A DNA stretch of 64,000 nucleotides, taken from NCBI GenBank assembly GCA_001643675.2, contig LSRY02000037.1, positions 496,001-560,000 of the forward strand, read 5' to 3'. Below, piece after piece: positions 59,872 through 64,000 of this stretch. This DNA is from Monocercomonoides exilis PA203 (taxonomy: Eukaryota > Protista > Preaxostyla). The translations under genes were made by a program, and so were the position numbers. Position 1 is the first letter of the stretch, and every line of letters begins with the position of its first letter. The notes beneath the pieces were generated by a model. The model saw only the letters and a list, made by a program, of their open reading frames with translations, did no database searches and was not told the DNA's origin.

Positions 59872-61221
59872 TCAAATATTCATAAAATAATCAGAAATAT
59901 TCAATGACAATCCGAAATGATATTTATCGTTTAGAAAGTCAAATATTTCTTGAAAGGTTGTGATGGCATCTTCGTATCCTTCTTCTTCCAACTTTTCAAG
60001 CACTTTTCTTTTCAACTCTTTTCTTTTCTCTTCATCATTTTCACTTTTCTCCTTTCCTTTTAATTGATATGAAAAATTCATAAGGAATTGAAAGCATTCA
60101 TACGCCATGTTGTCATTCAATGTTTGTCTCTGAATCTCCTCCAAAACAGCTTCCACAGCTCCTCCTTTCAATAAACCTTCAACTTCAACTTTTCTTTCTG
60201 CTGCATATCAAAATGAACCGAGGCATCCATTGCGAATATCTTTGTGATTGTCCCTTCATGTTCCATATATCTGAACAATGCTGCTGAAAAGCTTAACATA
60301 TTCTTCATTCCACAAATGACAATCGAGAAAATAAATCTCTAGCGTTTCAATCCATCTCCTGATTACAAGCTCTTCATTCGCTTTTTCCTTGCTCGTTTCC
60401 TCTTTTTTCTTCTTCCAATCAACGCATTTTATAAGATCTTCCAATTCTCTTGCTGCCTCTCTTCCGAAATGCAGCTCATTCACAATAACATCTTCTAAGC
60501 TTCTGTCATTTCTCAATCTGAACATCAAAAATAGCCAAGCAGACTGATAAGCAAGTCGTGACAGATTGCGATGCTCCTGGTGATATTCGATGATTTCTTT
60601 CATCCTTTCCAAGAAAGGTTCTTGTCTTATTTCCAATAAAAAAGGAAGAGAAATTAAAAAAAACTTCAAAAAATGAAAAATAAATGTTCATACACTAATT
60701 CCAATGTTATTCAAAGCCAACAAAGCCATTTCCACCTCTTTTTGAGCTTCCTGGTTTCCATCTTTCTTCAATGCAAATTTCAGAAGGCAAGGCATACACA
60801 CAGAAACAGTTTTTTGCGAAAATGGCTTTTCATGAAGCATGCAATAACATTCGCAAAGATCAACAAGAAGCTTTTCGTTTTTTAATTCATTTTTCTCATT
60901 TTCATCAATTATCATCTTTTCAAATCTTCCGCCCAGCGGAGATCTATCAAAGGAAATGTTCCACACGTTTTTCAGCACATTCCAAAACCCAACATGCTTT
61001 AGTAATAGAATTGCATTTTCCATTGATATTATCTTTTTTTCAATCATTTGATCAACTTCATTGAACAGTTTTTCTGAAAATACGTATGTTAATTCTTTTC
61101 CGTTCGTTTTATCAATGATCTCATTCATCTCTTCGATTTTCTGTTTCTGTTCGTTTTCATTGCAATGTTCAAGCTCTGAAAATAATTCTTCAATAAAAAA
61201 GGAAAAAATCGCAATAAACAT
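59872..61221 (-). pseudogene. Unknown multigene family X, copy 3 (two in-frame TGA codons)
   Basis: ORFs 60688-61221, 60256-60669 and 59872-60171 are collinear; intron at ~60696-60633; in-frame TGA at 60256-60258 and near 60210. Confidence 0.8.
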
Positions 61222-61989
61222 GAATTTAAATGCAACAATAACGACAAGCCATTAAATTTACTGATCGGGCTTATCTCCTGCATTTATGAAAATGCATTGC
61301 AGACAGAAAACAACGAAAATTCGTCATTCATATTGAATTCGCAAATGTTTGATAAAATGAAATTTGCGAAATTTTCTAATTCAAAACCATTTTAAAAAAA
61401 TGTTCGTTCATGCCATCTCGATAAACATTTGTACTTTTTTTAAGTTGTTTCAAAAAAGAAACAATGATTTATCCTTTAAAGTTTATTGATATGGATGCAA
61501 TGATCCAGTAGTTTTCTTTGAACTAAATAAACCATTGACAAGATGAGAGATCAGCGAACGAATATTTTCTACAATATAGGCGATATTATTTTGCTTGGAA
61601 GAACGAGACAGCAAAGGAGGTCCATTTTTGAAATTCTGTCTGATGATTTTTGGAAAAAGGAAAGCCAGTGAAATTCAACAAATTTGTTTATAATACAAAA
61701 AGACATAATGTTTGTAATTTTTATAGTTCTATATGTTGTGAAAATATTTCCATCCATATTCTCCCCAAAATGGTGATTTAGGCAATTTTTATTAAAAGTC
61801 AATTTATTTTTTTTATTAATAAAAGTGCATAAGCACCTTTGTTGTCAAGAAAATCTTCTATCAATTCCTTCTCTTAAAATTGAGAACCACGATCTATTGG
61901 TAGTAACCACGATCGGATCAATGATGCCATAACCATTTTTTCCGCAAACCACTGGACTTACACCGGCAACAGAAGCAGCCTGACAGCCA

Positions 61990-64000
61990 GGTGGGGTGCA
62001 AAGCCAGTCTGGAGTCCTAACGCTGCTTACGCTAATTTCCGCTTCTGCGTCCGTAATTTCTGAATCAAGTCTTCCAGAAACAGAAGGAAAAGCAACACAA
62101 GAAAAAAGAACAGAAGAAGAAACAGACTCAGACCTTCATGAAAGGGCTGCTGAAGTTTTTCATTGCATTTTCGGTCAAGAACAAAATAAATCCATATTTT
62201 TTCTGCAGCTTCCTTCTATTTCTGTGGAAAATTTCGAACAAGAATATGCGCTTCAGGATCTGAGCCCAGCATAGCCGCCAGCACCTCACCTTTTCCAAAA
62301 ATCTGCTTATTGGTTTAATGATGCGTTGGATTCTGCGGGATATAAAATTGAGCTGTGTTGGTGTCAGGCTTTCAAGGCTCAGCTTTTGAACTTTGTGGGC
62401 TCAGACGCTCATCAGGAAAGAGCACGATGGGGAGCTGATGCGTTTCTGCTTATTGCAAAAGCTTAACAGTAGGTGAGAACAACCAGTCTACATGGAAGAT
62501 TTGGTTTCGGATGGAAGAGCAGATGAAATCACAGAACGTAACGGGATAATTAACCGAACTGCAGGAACAGAATACAAAGGAGATACGATTAACTACAACC
62601 TCATCAACCTCTGGAAAAGTGACGAGGAGAATGTCAACAATTTCCATATAATCAAAAGGAGAAAGGAGCACAACAACATAGGTTTTCCCAAACAGATATA
62701 ACACTGGTCCAAGAAAGATCTGGTGCTCACAGTTTTTTCGGAGAGGACCCCGCTCACAGGCAACACGAGGAGGAAAGCGGCAAAGAAATGGATGGACCAC
62801 AACGAACTGGAGATACTACAGCCGAAGTCGGGGTCAACAATAGAGAGGGAAGATGGAGCGAGGAAAGGAACCATGGGTAGGACAAGGATTGGAGGAAGAA
62901 TGGAGTTTTTCATAGAAGCTTGGGAAAAAATTGGTGGTGCCAAGTTGATCAAACAGGGCGTACATGCGATGTGGAAAAGCAAACACATGAGAAAAAAACT
63001 AAGGGATATGCCATTCAGAGATGGAGCCGTTCACTCAAACGAAGAACAAAGAAAGGCGTTCGCAGATCTTCTAAAGGAACAGATAGAGACAGGAATTGTG
63101 GAGGAGATAAGGCCAGAAGAGGTAAGGCACAGAAACAACGTGTTCTTGATCAAAAAGAAATCGGGAGCATGGAGGCAGATACTGGACTGCAGGAGATTGA
63201 ACGCAGCCTTGATAAAGACACACTTCAAGTGCGACAACGAAAAGACAGTGGAGCGTGTTCTGAGAGGACAAGATTACGCAGTTACAGTGTATTTACAACA
63301 GGCCTACTATCTGCTTCCGGTTTCCAAAGACCTAAGACCATTTTTTGCTTTCAGATTTTCCGGAAAAGACCACACATTAAAAGGAATGCTGTTTGGTTTT
63401 GTGGATGCTCCGAGTATTTTCACTCACGCGATGAGGAAGGTGACTTCAGAAATCAGGAAACGATGGGACGTTCGTGTAATCGCATATATAGACGATTTCC
63501 TTATGTTTCACGAGAACAAGGAACACTTTGCACAAGTCTCGAAGGAGATCATCGAACTTCTGAAGGAGCTCGGTCAGCTGGAAAACCAGGAGAAAAGCCA
63601 GTTGATACCAAGTAGAAGGTTTTCTTTCCTTGGCTTCGAGTGTGACTCGTCGAAGATGAAGGTTCGGCTTGCAAGAGACAGAAGAGAAGCACTGATTCGC
63701 TTGAGTTGCTTAAAGGAAAATGATTGAGTGAAAGCAAGAATCGTGAAAGTGAAAAATCTTGCTCTTTTTGTTGGAAAATTCAACGCTGTTCGGTTTGTTC
63801 AGCTAAACGCTTCTCTATGGCTTCACTCCATGCATCGTTTGCTCCAGAAAGGAATAAAGTGAAGAGGATGGAAATGCAAATTAAAGTTGAATGCTTCAAT
63901 CCTGCAGCAGATTCTGCAATGGATATCGAAGTTGAGAGCACACCCAAGACGCAGGCTTATCCCAGTATTTTCCCCGGGTGCAACGCTTTCAACGGATGCA
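61990..64000 (+). mobile_element. DIRS-type retrotransposon, degenerate: gag-like region, RT and start of RNase H; truncated by the window
   Basis: RT motifs GGRMEFFIEAW, FLIKKKSGAWRQILDCRRLN, HFK, YIDDFL and EKSQLIPS..FLG. The frame continues past two TGA codons to ATLSTDA (first RNase H motif). The first catalytic D appears mutated (VTVYLQQAY). Confidence 0.85.

Noticed and set aside
1-64000. Full reassignment of TAA/TAG to Gln, or of TGA to Trp
   Set aside because: Long ORFs (2327, 1599, 831 aa) contain no internal TAR and use CAA/CAG and TGG. TGA terminates most genes, and internal TGAs occur only in decayed copies.
1-64000. CRISPR arrays, rRNA or tRNA genes
   Set aside because: No repeat-spacer periodicity or recognisable structural-RNA motifs seen by eye; a covariance-model scan was not possible.

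Overview
AT-rich eukaryotic genomic DNA with short (~45-80 nt) spliceosomal introns. Gene content resembles an oxymonad such as Monocercomonoides; this is inferred from protein style only. Host genes: a giant low-complexity E/K/S-rich protein (minus, running off the left edge); two divergently oriented ~2300-2600 aa receptor-like proteins (signal peptide, beta-helix-like ectodomain, one TM, degenerate kinase C-lobe) whose cytoplasmic exon parts are nearly identical over 770 bp; an aberrant XRN1 head-to-head with HGH1; a SPRY-like/NPF-repeat gene; a type I surface protein; and three broken copies of one unknown gene family. Mobile elements: four pogo/DDE_1 (DD35D) transposons with TIRs and TA ends (two nested, one inserted in a gene, all sharing one intron position); a 3.5-kb non-autonomous hAT-type element (15-bp perfect TIRs, 8-bp TSD) carrying a host-gene copy and inserted into a foldback MITE; a second MITE; and a decayed DIRS-type retrotransposon at the right edge. 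The most intriguing signals are (i) single in-frame TAA/TAG codons in three otherwise continuous genes, (ii) the homogenised receptor-pseudokinase pair with mosaic ectodomains, (iii) the gene-carrying hAT element, and (iv) an XRN1 missing part of its catalytic core. Homopolymer frameshifts suggest some assembly error, so lesions need read-level confirmation.
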